From Neocallimastix sp. 'constans' (taxonomy: Eukaryota), in the NCBI GenBank assembly GCA_050613775.1, contig JBODTK010000010.1, positions 1,364,001-1,428,000 on the forward strand: a stretch of 64,000 nucleotides of DNA, given 5' to 3'. Numbering within the stretch: the stretch's first letter is position 1; each line of letters begins with the position of its first letter. Both the position numbers and the translations under genes were made by a program. Shown piece by piece: positions 50,823-62,724 of the stretch. The notes under the pieces were generated by a model, which saw only the letters and a list, made by a program, of their open reading frames with translations, ran no database searches and was not told the origin of the DNA.

Positions 50823-52303
50823 TGTTGAAATTACAACTGAATTAAATTTTAATTTCAATTAATTTCAATTAAAATTATTAATGTTGAAATTACACTGAAT
50901 TAAATTTCAATTTCAATTAATTTCAATTAAAATTATTAATGTTGAAATTACAACTGAATTAAATTTCAATTTCAATTAATTTCAATTAAAATTATTAAAA
51001 ACAAAATAATTAATAAAAATTTATAATTCATTAATTATTCTTTAAATTTTATTTTTTTTATAATATTATAAGTTATTTGATCATCTTAGGACCAGCTTAG
51101 GCCTACTGATTCTAATGATATCATATTAAACTTAAATATTATTAATAAATAAAATATTTATTAACATGAATCATTTGGTCATGTCATCCTTGATTCATAA
51201 ATTAATGTTTATGTATTAATTTATGTTATATTGATTTAATTAATTATTAATTATTAATTACTATATTAAATATTTAAATTTAATATTATATTATATATAT
51301 TAGCTAATATATTAGATTAAAAAATATAATTTATTTATATTAAACATATTCTTATACTAAATATTATTATTATCAACTTTATATTATTATTATCAATATT
51401 CTCAAACCTACAAAGTATAAAAAGAAAATTCAAATTTATCTTTTTGTTCTTTGTAAGGTTATAGTTAACCTATTATAATATAACTATATATTTATATTAA
51501 TAAATAAAAATTTTTATCATATCAAACCAATTATTAGTTTTAATTAAGTGTTAAATTAACAAATTTAACTTTATAACTCTTTTATTTTAGTAATTTACTT
51601 ATATCTATATAGTTATATTATATAGATATATCAACCTGATTCCTCGTTAAATTCAACCCGTTTACTTTTTAACAATAACCTTACCTTAGAAAAGAGAATC
51701 ACCTTGATATGTCCCTTTATAATACTGGCAAAAGATGCAGAAGTTACATTCTTATCAAGAGAAGATTTTAATAAATATAATGAAGATCTTCAAAAGAAAC
51801 TTTTTACTTTAAATAGGGATAACAAGAATATCATAAAACAACTTTCTTCTATTACCAGCATTTTAAATCAGAAATTCGATTTTATTCCTAATGTTAATGC
51901 TTCTCAAAATCAAGATGATAACGCTTCTATATCAACAAGAAGAGAGGCAGACAATGATGTAATAATGAGGAATACTATTCCCAATACACTTCAAGAAGTC
52001 CCAGAACCTGGATTTTTCACTGGGGATACTAAGGAAACCGATCTCTTTTGTCAGCTCTGTGAAGATACTATTAAGACTTATCCTAACTGTGAATCTACTA
52101 TGAATGTAAAAATTAATTATGTTAAGTCACGCTTAAGAGATGGTGCTCGTAATTGGTATTATGCCAAATATAAAGATAGAAGTCCAGCAACATTAGAAGA
52201 ATTGATTAAAGAATTAAGGAAAGCTTTTAATAATGTTGCCAGTAAAAAATTAGCCATGATCCAACTCGCAAAAATTTCTCACACATTTGGGAAAATTAAT
52301 GAA
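50823..52303 (+). mobile_element. Nested B3: two 58-59-bp LTR-start duplicates, full LTR 50940-51674, PBS, truncated gag
   Basis: TGTTGAAATTAC at 50823, 50882 and 50940. The gag ATG at 51709 is followed by an 86-bp deletion relative to B1. Confidence 0.88.
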
Positions 52304-52444
52304 TTATAAATTTTTATTAATTATTTTGTTTTTAATAATTTTAATTGAAATTAATTGAAATTGAAATTTAATTCAGTTGTAATTTTAACAATTGTATAAT
52401 TTAAATCATTAGTTTATTGTATTTTGGCTAGTTCCGTAACAAGA

Positions 52445-53363
52445 TGTAATAATTCTATTAAGAACTAACTCAAAATAGAATTATTAACTACAACTTAACG
52501 ACTAATTCATTAAGTTGAGAAAATAAAATAAAATAAATTTTTTTTTTTTACCTTTAGAGTAGAGTTTATTATAAAATTAATTATAATAATAACACAAAAA
52601 GTAAGAAAAGAATTGTTTGTATAAATTGATTTTAAAAATATGTTTTTGAATAAAATATTTTTATTAATTTATTAAAGTTAAAAATATAAAATTGTTACTA
52701 TTATAACTATGTTTTTTATAATAATAACTCTTGATTTCTCAAAGAGAACTCAAGAGCCTTATTTATATTTTTTTATGAAAATAAGGTTAAATAAGAAAGG
52801 GTTTTCTAATCTTAACAAATCTCTTATCTAGGAAAAGATTAGATAGAAAAACCTAGATAAGTTTTCGATCGATATTCTATCCATATCGATCATCGCATTA
52901 ATTAAGTAAAACCGATTACTTCTAAAAAGTAATTGGAAAAAATCTTAATTAACCGATTTTCCAATCTAATGATCGAAAATAAAAGAATAAAATAATAAAA
53001 GATATTTCGATCATATAATTTATCCTTATATTACAAATATAAAATTAAATAGTTAATAAAATACAGAATACATTATAAAATACAGAATACATTATAAAAT
53101 ACAGAATACATTATAAAATACAGAATACATTATAAAATACAGAATAAAATACAATACAAAATACATTAGTTACAGTAGAGAATTTAGCATATTGTAAATA
53201 TATTATTTAAAATTAATTAAATAAATTTTGTTAAATTAATGAATATTTAAAATTAAATTAAATAATTTAATAAATATTATATGTAATTAAATAAAGTTAT
53301 AGTTATAATAACTTAACTAAGAAAATATAATTATTTGCTAACAAATAATTATAAATTCTTACA
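52445..53363 (-). mobile_element. Intact family-S solo LTR
   Basis: TG..CA termini; TSD CAAGA at 52440-52444 and 53364-53368. Confidence 0.93.
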
Positions 53364-54695
53364 CAAGATTTTCTGTAACAGATACATGGTAACTTCAAGC
53401 CTATCCAATGATAGTTCTTTGGTTACGTAACGTATCTCTAAACAGCTAGCAATTTCGGCTAATCAAATAAAATCTTTTGTTACTTTCGTACATTAAATTT
53501 TATTATTTTATAAATAATTATATAGTTAAATATTTATTTAAATATATTTTATTTAGTGATTAGTAAACTAAGTTAAATTAAATTATTTACCAATCATAAT
53601 ATTATTGACATGTATAAATAATAATTGAACTTGTAACTGTAACGCACTAGCGTTACTATTAACGTAAATTGTTATTATAAATATTAATATTGATAAATAA
53701 AAATATAATTATTAAATAAAAAATATTACTCAGTGTAAGCCCAGTAACTGATAACAAATAGAGTTATAAAGTGCTGCGCTATACTCTAGTGTAAAAAGAA
53801 ATAATAATTATAGAATTAATTAATTTAGTGTTTATTATTAACAACTCGAATAGAGAGGTGTTAAGTTATCTTAGCCTTTAGATTTAATTATTATTCGTTA
53901 TTTTAGTTAATAATAAACTTACCTTTTACAATAGTAACGCTTTATAACTAAATAGCCGATAATAATTAAATAAAAATTTAAACGCTAAGTAATAATTTAA
54001 TAAGATAGAATAGTTAGTTTTATAAAATAAAAATTAATATTTAAACAATAAATCATAGTTTACTTATTTTCTTTGTTTACTTTTTAATTGTTTAACTTAG
54101 AAAATTTTTGATACAAAATTTACGCCACAATACGTAGCGGAAGAAGCCACAAAAATTTTAATCAAAAAAAAAAAAAAAAAAAAAATTTTTCGGCTTCAAA
54201 ATAAAATTTTGATCAAAAATCTAAAAATTTAAATTTTTTTAAAATTTCGTATATCCGAAATTTAATTTATTAATAATTTAATTATAAATCATTATTTAAT
54301 TTAAAAATTTTAAATTTTTGGTAATACCGATTTTTAATTAATAAAAATTTTGTACTTTACCAAATAAAATTCGCTTTTGCTTAATAGGTAGTCATTTTTT
54401 ATACAAATTTATATTTGTAGTGACTCGGGAAGCGAAAGAAAAATTTTTAAAATAATTATTTATTTAAATTATTAATTATTATACATTTAATTTTTAAAAA
54501 AAAAATTTATTTTTTTATTTTTTATTTTTATTTATTTTATATTATTATTTAAAAAAAAAAAAAAAAAAAAAAAATTAAGTGGACGATTATATCAACTAAA
54601 TAAATTTAAGTAAGTGAATAAATTATAATCTTTTAAATAAACTAAAAGTGAGTGGATATATTTATAATTACTAGATAAATTATTAAGAAAAGTAA

Positions 54696-56461
54696 ATGGA
54701 TAAAAAGAATAAGAGTAATAAGGCGCCTGAAAACACAAGAAAAACCACAAGGAGTGGTTCTCTGAAGAGTTCGGTGGGCAGCGTGACTGCAGAGAGTAGT
54801 CCTACGCCTGTAGAAGCACCTCCATCTCGACGCCAAAATACAGGAGACAAGAAAATGACTAGTACTCCTGAGAAACCAGCTGCTTCTAAACCTAAACCAG
54901 CTGCGGCGCCTGAGAAGAGTCAACCCGAGGCTAGTAAACCTGAAGCCAGTAGGCCAGGAACTAACCAAGGAGAAAGTTCAAGCAAAAATGTTAATGCTGG
55001 AGCGATGGACTTTGCTGCTTTGCTGAGTAAGCAGATGGAGGACTTTAAGAACATGATAATAAGCACTCAGCAACAGACGGCTGCAATGATAGAACAGATG
55101 CAAAACCAAAGTGAAATGAAATTCGCTAAAATTGAAGCCGAACTAAGCAACTTTATCCCCGCTGTGGACCAACGATTTGGAGAGGTTGAGAGGCGTGTGG
55201 AAGAAGAGGAGTCTAGTAGCCAAGCTAGTGTGCTAGAGCTTCAAAAGGTACAAGCGTATCTAAGTCAGCAACTTGCTGAAAGTAAAGATAAAGAGGCCGC
55301 TGTTAAAACTGAAATCAAAAAGATTGAAACCTATCTGGATGCGGACCAGATAAAAGGAAAACAAATACAACAAGACCTAGAGGATAAAGGTCAAAAATTG
55401 TTCAAGATTGAGGAATTCTTGGATGCGAACCAAGAAAGGGATAAGGTACACTTGAATGAGCTCGAAGAAAAAATCGAGAAGCTAATGGCCATTAACCAGG
55501 TACAGCAACAGGAGATCGAACGACTGGGTAAGCTGGCTTTGGATGCTCAGAATAAGGAGCAGGCATCGACGAGCAAACCTTTCCCACTACACATAGATAC
55601 TAAAGAAGCAAGATACGGTAGTTATCACCACTTCACGCCGCCTATAATGACCAGAAGTGCGATGGAAGATGTGGTTATGACCGACGCGTACCCTGTGGAG
55701 TACGAACGAGACATCCCAATGTTCCATGGTGAAACTGGAGATGTAGAATCATTTATTGACAGGTTAAAAAGGTACTTTGGCAGACACCAGAAGTATTACC
55801 AAAGCGAGCCCACGGCTATGTTGTACTTTATTGAGGACCACTTACAAAGAACTGCTAAGAAGTGGTACCAAATGGACGAAGTATTCAAACAACGAGATGA
55901 CCCACAACCTCAAAGGTTGATGGAGAGATTGCTGAAGGAATTTAAAAGCGAAAGAACGTTGGAAGAAGTTAAAACAGCAATGCTTAAACTTAGGCACGAT
56001 TGGGGTAAAGCCTATGAATACCTATCAGAATTCAATAGGTTAAGTAGAATACTTCAGCTAACAGATGAAACCAAAAGACTACTACTCGTACAACAAGTTA
56101 GACCATCGGTTCGTGAAGCTTTTATGATCTACCTGCAGAAAAGCAAACCTTAGAAGATTACGTGACTTGTCTAAGGAGATGCGACACATTCCCCGCGGAA
56201 TACAAAGACGATTACCTAGAAAGATACGAATACAACCGCGAGAGGAAGATAGCCATCATTGCCCTACTTGGAATGATGGACCCGCGAAGACCCTCCAAGG
56301 ATATTGAAGCCAAAAGAAGGAGGAACAGCGATAATCGCCGAGGCGATAAAAGAGATTTCAGTAGGAAAGAGCCTACTAAGCAAAACAATTACGATAAAAA
56401 CAAGAAGGATGGATATAACCACAATAGTGGTAAAGATTTTAGTACGAGACCAAGTGAATAA
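54696..56461 (+). pseudogene. gag: D Gag (coiled-coil N-terminus), 1-nt frameshift at ~56122
   Basis: FHGETGDVESFI..AKKWY gag core. One extra T joins ORFs 54696 and 56162. Confidence 0.8.
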
Positions 56462-59400
56462 CAAAATTACTATAAAGACTCACGTACCAGCAGTAATAAT
56501 CCAATTCCCAAGACAGCACTTCTAATGCAAGCTGGGTCTGAGTACGAAGAATTTGTGCCTGAGGCCAAGATAAGTAATCTTCGTACCAAAGAGGGGCTCC
56601 AAGATTTAAATGTGCTGTACGATACTGGATCACAGATCAACATGATCCATCCGCAGTTAGCCAAGGAGATGGGACTCAAGACAGAAGACCGTCCCTTAAC
56701 GTTCACTACTGCCGCTGGTAAAGTGCTGATATCACAGGTTACGGAAGAGTTCAAGATTAAGATTAAGCTGGTCGAAGAGCGTACTGGTAAAGTCAAATGG
56801 TATGACTTTAATACAAGATGCAGGCTAGCCGAGAACGATCATTCTGGGATCAAGATTCATGGATAGACATTTAATCTATAGAAAGATTGACGTCCATGAT
56901 CAACAGCCTAAGGTATATAAAATAGATGGCGAAAGACCAGGGCTACCAGATGTAGACTCACCAGAAGAGTGCGCAGGTGAAAGTATCTACATGGTGCAAC
57001 TCCCAGAAGAAAGAGAAGAAGCTGTGCAAAAGGAGATTCAACCTACAGCGAGAATTACCAAAATTATAAATCAGGTTATTGATAACCAGAAGTTGAAGGA
57101 CACGGTGTATGAATTAACGAGGCAATATTACCGTGATAGAGGAATTGAGTATACGATGGATTACTACGATTATTTAGTGGATTACGATAAATGGGCAGAT
57201 TGGTTCAAGGTACAAAAGACTAAAAATCTAAAGGAGAGTGAAATCAATAAGAACCCTACGGAAAGTAGTGCACAAAAAGATAGCCAGACAAAAGATCATC
57301 TAGCCATGATCACGCAAGAGGATTCGGTGGCGGAAACAATCAGAAAAGTGGGACTTGAGAAACTATTGTCAATAGGCGAAATTATAGATAAGTATTATGG
57401 AGACTTAACGGAAGCATTCAATGAAGAAATCGCTGAGACATTACCAGAGCACAGGCCGTATGATTGCAAAATAGAACTAGAGCCTGATGCACCACTTTAT
57501 AAAGGAGCTATCTACCCAACGAGTCCTAAAGAAGAGAAAGCACTTAAAGAATATATTGATGAAAATTTAGCTAAGGGGTTTATAAGAAGGTCAGAATCTC
57601 CGGCGGGTTACCCTGTATTGTTCGTGCCGAAGAAATCAGGTGAGCTACGACTTTGCATGGATTATCGCAAACTGAACCAATGGACTAAACGCAACGCCTA
57701 TCCGATCCCAAGAATTAGTGCAGTGTTCGAAGCTATGAAAGGAGCAGTTGTGTTCTCCAAGTTCGACCTAAAATCTGCCTATAACTTGGTACGAATTCGA
57801 GAAGGTGATGAGTACAAGACAGCCTTCAACACCAAGTTTGGACACTTTGAACATTTGGTAATGCCTTTTGGGCTAACCAATGCACCAGCAGTGTTCCAAA
57901 GCTTCGTGAATGATGTCTTCAGCGAGGATATCGGGAAGTACTGTCAAGTCTACCTAGATGACATCGTCGTATATTCCAAAACTTTGGAGGAACATGTAGA
58001 GCATGTTCGAACGATTTTAAAGAAGCTGATACAACATAAACTCGTAGCTAAGATGTCCAAATGTGAGCTACATAAGTTAAAGATCTCATTTTTAGGCCAT
58101 GTGGTCAGCAAGGATGGTGTAGAGACTGACCCAGAAAAGATTAAGGCCGTGGCAGAATGGCCACAACCAGAAAATATCAAGCAGATGCAAAGCTTCTTAG
58201 GCTTTTGCAATTATTACAGGAATTTTATTAAGAATTTCTCTGAAATAGCCAAACCGTTATTTAAAATGACCTCAAAGAAAGAAAAATTTGAATGGAGCGA
58301 AGAAGGATTGGCCGCGTTTCACAAATTAAAGGAAATGCTTACCTCTCCGCCAGTACTAGCTTATCCTGACCACGAGAAACAGTTCTTCGTTGAATGTGAT
58401 GCTAGTAATTACGCGATAGGAGGTGTGCTGTCACAGAAAGGAGACGATGGTACCCTTCATCCTATATATTATTATTCTAAGACACTTAGTAAGGCTGAAG
58501 TAAATTATTCGATTACAAAGAAAGAACTATTAGCCATTAAGACTGCTTTTACAGAATGGCGACACTTGCTTCAAGGTGCGAAGCATAAGATTATTGTTTA
58601 TAGTGACCACAGAAATCTGTTGTTCGCTACCAAACCACAATTACTAACTCCTAGGCAAATTAGATGGCAAGAACTATTCGCCACATACTGGTTTGAAATA
58701 GTTTACAGACCTGGGAAGAAAAATGGTATGGCTGACGCCCTCTCAAGAGTTGAAACAGAGAAAACTGAGGGTAAAGAATTTGATAAAGATAGTCTATTAA
58801 AACCCGATCAATTGGTAGGATTTGATGACGTAGATGGAGAAGCTAGTTATCTAGCCTTAGCTACCAATTTCGTGGATGATATCAAGCAGGCCTACCGACA
58901 GGACAAAATGGCCCAAGAGATTATGAAAGATCTAGCAGAAGATGCCAGAAATAATTATAACAAGAAGCATTGGCTAGAAGTAGATGGCCTTCTGGTTAGA
59001 AAGGAAAACCCTGAACAAATTTACGTGCCCACAACGTTCAGGAAAACAATTATTCAATTAAACCATGACTCGGAGTACGCAGGACACTTAGGAATTGATA
59101 AGACTTCGGACCTAGTATCTAGGAATTTCTACTGGCCGAAGATGAGGAAGGATATATCAGGCTACGTGAAAGCTTGTAGAACCTGCGCTACTAAGAAGGA
59201 TGATTGCCATAAAGAATATGGTACTGCGGTAAGAGTTCCGGTCGCAGAATTACCCTGGCAAGAGGTACAATTGGATTTTATAACTGATCTGCCAGTGAAG
59301 AGTAGAGTAAGGACCAATAGTGGTTATGTTTGGGAAACGAAAAGAGCAGGTTGTATCTTAGTATGCTGCGATAAATTAACCAAGATGATACACCTGATAG

Positions 59401-60362
59401 GATTTAAACATGTGCCCAACGCTAACGAGACTGCTGACGCATTCCTAAAGGAGATTCACAGGTTGCATGGATTCCCTAAGGTGGTTACAACTGATAGAGG
59501 AGTCCAGTTCACCAGTCAGGTATGGAAGGAGCTACTAGAGTTCTTCGGGACCGAAGTAAACCATGCTACCACTAGTCACCACGAGACAGTAGGCCAAGTG
59601 GAAAGGAACAATGCCTACGTAGAGACTTATTTACGGTGCTTTGTGGGAACCTACGATGATGAAAGTTGGATGGACTACTTGTTCTTAGCAGAGTTCTGTT
59701 ATAACAACGCAATCCACGCTTCTACCCAACAATCTCCTTTCCTCACCTTATATAACTACCAGGTACACAACTCCCCTAAGACAGCCGATTTAGTACACTC
59801 GTTAGGCGAAGCCAAAATGATCGATAGCTTTGCTCACAACTTGGGAAACCTAAAGCACATCCTAGAAATCGCCCAAACAAGATACCTGGATAATATGGAA
59901 AGGACCCGTACAGATAATTACCCTAGGTACAGGTTGTTAGATAAAGTATGGCTAAAGAAACCTGAAAATTATGACGCGTTGCCATTCTACAAACTTACAA
60001 CAAGAAAATTCGGACCATTCAAGGTAGTTGGTGTCGACGAAGAAAAGAAGAATTATAGATTAGATATAAGTCGTTCACCTTTCCCAAATATGTACCCAGT
60101 GTTCCATGTGAGTGAATTGGAACCATTCTACAACTTACCTAAAACATTAGTGCCGGCTCCTGCAGGAAACCAAAAGATAATTCATATCCTTGGATCAAGG
60201 AAACACCAAGGACTTTATCAATACCTGGTTGCGTACCAGAATGATAAACAAGAGTGGGTCAACGCCGACGTGATCGACGACAATCCTCACTACGCAGAAT
60301 TGCTGGAGGATTACCAAGATTTTAGCTATAGCCAGTTCATCGCTAGCGTCGTCAACCATTAG
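56462..60362 (+). pseudogene. pol: D pol (PR, RT, RNase H, IN, degenerate chromodomain-like tail), frameshift at ~56835
   Basis: LYDTGS, then IILGS in a shifted frame; YLDD, CDAS, SDHRNL, HHCC, TDRGVQF, GPF. Confidence 0.9.
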
Positions 60363-61653
60363 TAGCTTGCTCCTTGGGAGAGGCCTTGTAACAGATACAT
60401 GGTAACTTCAAGCCTATCCAATGATAGTTCTTTGGTTATGTAACGTATCTCTAAACAGCTAGCAATTTCGGCTAATCAAATAAAATCTTTTGTTACTTTC
60501 GTACATTAAATTTTATTATTTTATAAATAATTATATAGTTAAATATTTATTTAAATATATTTTATTTAGTGATTAGTAAACTAAGTTAAATTAAATTATT
60601 TACCAATCATAATATTATTGACATGTATAAATAATAATTGAACTTGTAACTGTAACGCACTAGCGTTACTATTAACGTAAATTGTTATTATAAATATTAA
60701 TATTGATAAATAAAAATATAATTATTAAATAAAAAATATTACTCAGTGTAAGCCTAGTAACTGATAACGAATAGAGTTATAAAGTACTGCGCTATACTCT
60801 AGTGTAATAAGAAATAATAATTATAGAATTAATTAATTTAGTGTTTATTATTAACAACTCGAATAGAGAGGTGTTAAGTTATCTTAGCCTTTAGTGTTGA
60901 AATTATAACTGAATTGAAATCTCAATTTCAGTTATTTACATTTCAATAATTAAAAATATTATTTATTTAATTATAAATAATATATATAAATAATATATAT
61001 ATTTAAATAATTAATAATTAATATAAATTCTTGTTTAATATTTAAAGGGTTATCTTAGGCCTAATAATTCTGAGAATATTAATAAATAAGGTTTATATTA
61101 ATAATTAATTTCAATGATACATTTGACGTCACGTGTATTTTATTTATATTATGTTTTTATATATGTTTACAACATATCTATATTAAATTCAATTATTCAA
61201 ATTAATTATATAATTAAATTTATCCTTATATTTTATTAGTATTTATATTACTATATTATTACTATCTTATAATTAAATATTATTATTATGTAACTTACAA
61301 AGTATAAAAGAAAGATGTAAAAATCTATCTTTTATGTTCTTTGTAAGGTTATTGTAAAATTACCTTAATAGTAATATATTATAGATATTTTATTATTAAA
61401 TAAAATCAATAAATTTAAAATCAAATTAATTTGATAATTCTAATTATCAAAGTTTATTATAAATAAATTTTCATTAAACTAAACATTTAAATATTTATTA
61501 TTATTATTATATATCTATATAGTATATTACTATATAGACATATCGACTTAGTGAATATTTTTATTAAAACATATTATTTTATTTAAATTTAAATTATAAA
61601 TTATATCAAAATCTTAACAATAACCTTACCCTAGTTTTAGTTGCTACCTTGAT

Positions 61654-62724
61654 ATGTCTTACTATACGAACGTCTGGGCTAGTGAAATACCTGACATTGC
61701 ACCAATGTCAGAAGTTAATAAATTAAGGTCTGACGCCCAAGTTACCGTATCCGAATTGGCTTCTTCTGTTAATGATAGTTTTTTATTAAAAGAAGATTTT
61801 AATAATTATAACCAGGACTTACAGAAAAAACTTTATACATTTTACAGAGATAATAAAAATATTATTAATCAACTTTCTAATTTAACTAAAATATTCAATG
61901 AAAAATTAGATATAAAAATTAGTACCAATGATGATCCCTCTTCTAGCCAATCTGTACCACAAAATCAAGATAACGCCTCTATTTCTACCAGACGTGATGC
62001 AGACAATGATGTCATCATGAAAAATAGTTATTCTAATAATTTGCAACAAGTACCTGAATTTGGATTCTTCTCAGGAAACACTAATGACACAGATTTATTT
62101 TGTCAATTATGTGAAGATACTTTCTCAACTTATCCCAACTTAGGATTACCAGAAGAAGTAAAAATAAACTTTGTCAAATCTCGTTTGAGAGACGGTGCAA
62201 GAAATTGGTATATTGCTACCTATAACGAGAACAATCATCCAGGAACACTAAAGAAATTATTAAGTGATATAAAGAAAACTTTTACGAATGTTGCAAGTAA
62301 AAAATTGGCTAAAATCCAGTTAGTAAAATTAAAACATTCGTATGGGAAAATAAATGATTATATAGAAAAGTTTAGAACGTTAACTACTGGTCTGTCTTGG
62401 GACGAAGAAGCTTTAGTCTTATTTTTCTATAATGGACTTCACCCAAAGTTCCAAGAAGAAATAGATAAAATGGAAGAATTCCCTACAAAGATTGGTGATA
62501 TTTATACTAAGTGCATCTTATTTGAAAATAATATTAAAAGTAAGGACCAATTAAGAAATAATATTGATAATAAAAATTTGAGAAAGAAACATTCAAGCCT
62601 ACATGTAAACAATAGCAAGAATTATAATAATAATAATTATTATTATACTAAAAATAAATCTAGCAATAATTATTTTAATAATAATAACAATAATAATAAT
62701 CAACATAATAACCAAAAAAACTAA
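61654..62724 (+). CDS. gag: B' Gag
   Basis: Colinear homologue of 19656-20735. Confidence 0.9.
   Translation: MSYYTNVWASEIPDIAPMSEVNKLRSDAQVTVSELASSVNDSFLLKEDFNNYNQDLQKKLYTFYRDNKNIINQLSNLTKIFNEKLDIKISTNDDPSSSQSVPQNQDNASISTRRDADNDVIMKNSYSNNLQQVPEFGFFSGNTNDTDLFCQLCEDTFSTYPNLGLPEEVKINFVKSRLRDGARNWYIATYNENNHPGTLKKLLSDIKKTFTNVASKKLAKIQLVKLKHSYGKINDYIEKFRTLTTGLSWDEEALVLFFYNGLHPKFQEEIDKMEEFPTKIGDIYTKCILFENNIKSKDQLRNNIDNKNLRKKHSSLHVNNSKNYNNNNYYYTKNKSSNNYFNNNNNNNNQHNNQKN

Larger units (their letters stand above)
47645..52390 (-). mobile_element. Rearranged family-B element B2 (3' LTR 47645-48379; 5' LTR remnant ~52296-52390)
   Basis: TSD ATTGT at 47640-47644 and 52391-52395. Confidence 0.9.
53374..60894 (+). 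mobile_element. Family-D Ty3/Gypsy element; 5' LTR 53374-53930, 3' LTR 60387-60894 interrupted
   Basis: Direct repeats starting TGTAACAGATAC; PPT GGGAGAGG. Confidence 0.95.

Noticed and set aside
52396..52439. Decayed minus-strand tRNA 16 bp from the S solo, joined across B2 to TTCGAA at ~47635
   Set aside because: Start-to-T-loop distance is too short and there is no D arm.
56118..56126. Programmed frameshift inside D gag
   Set aside because: It would split the gag core; more likely a homopolymer indel or sequencing error, as at 44600 and 32140.
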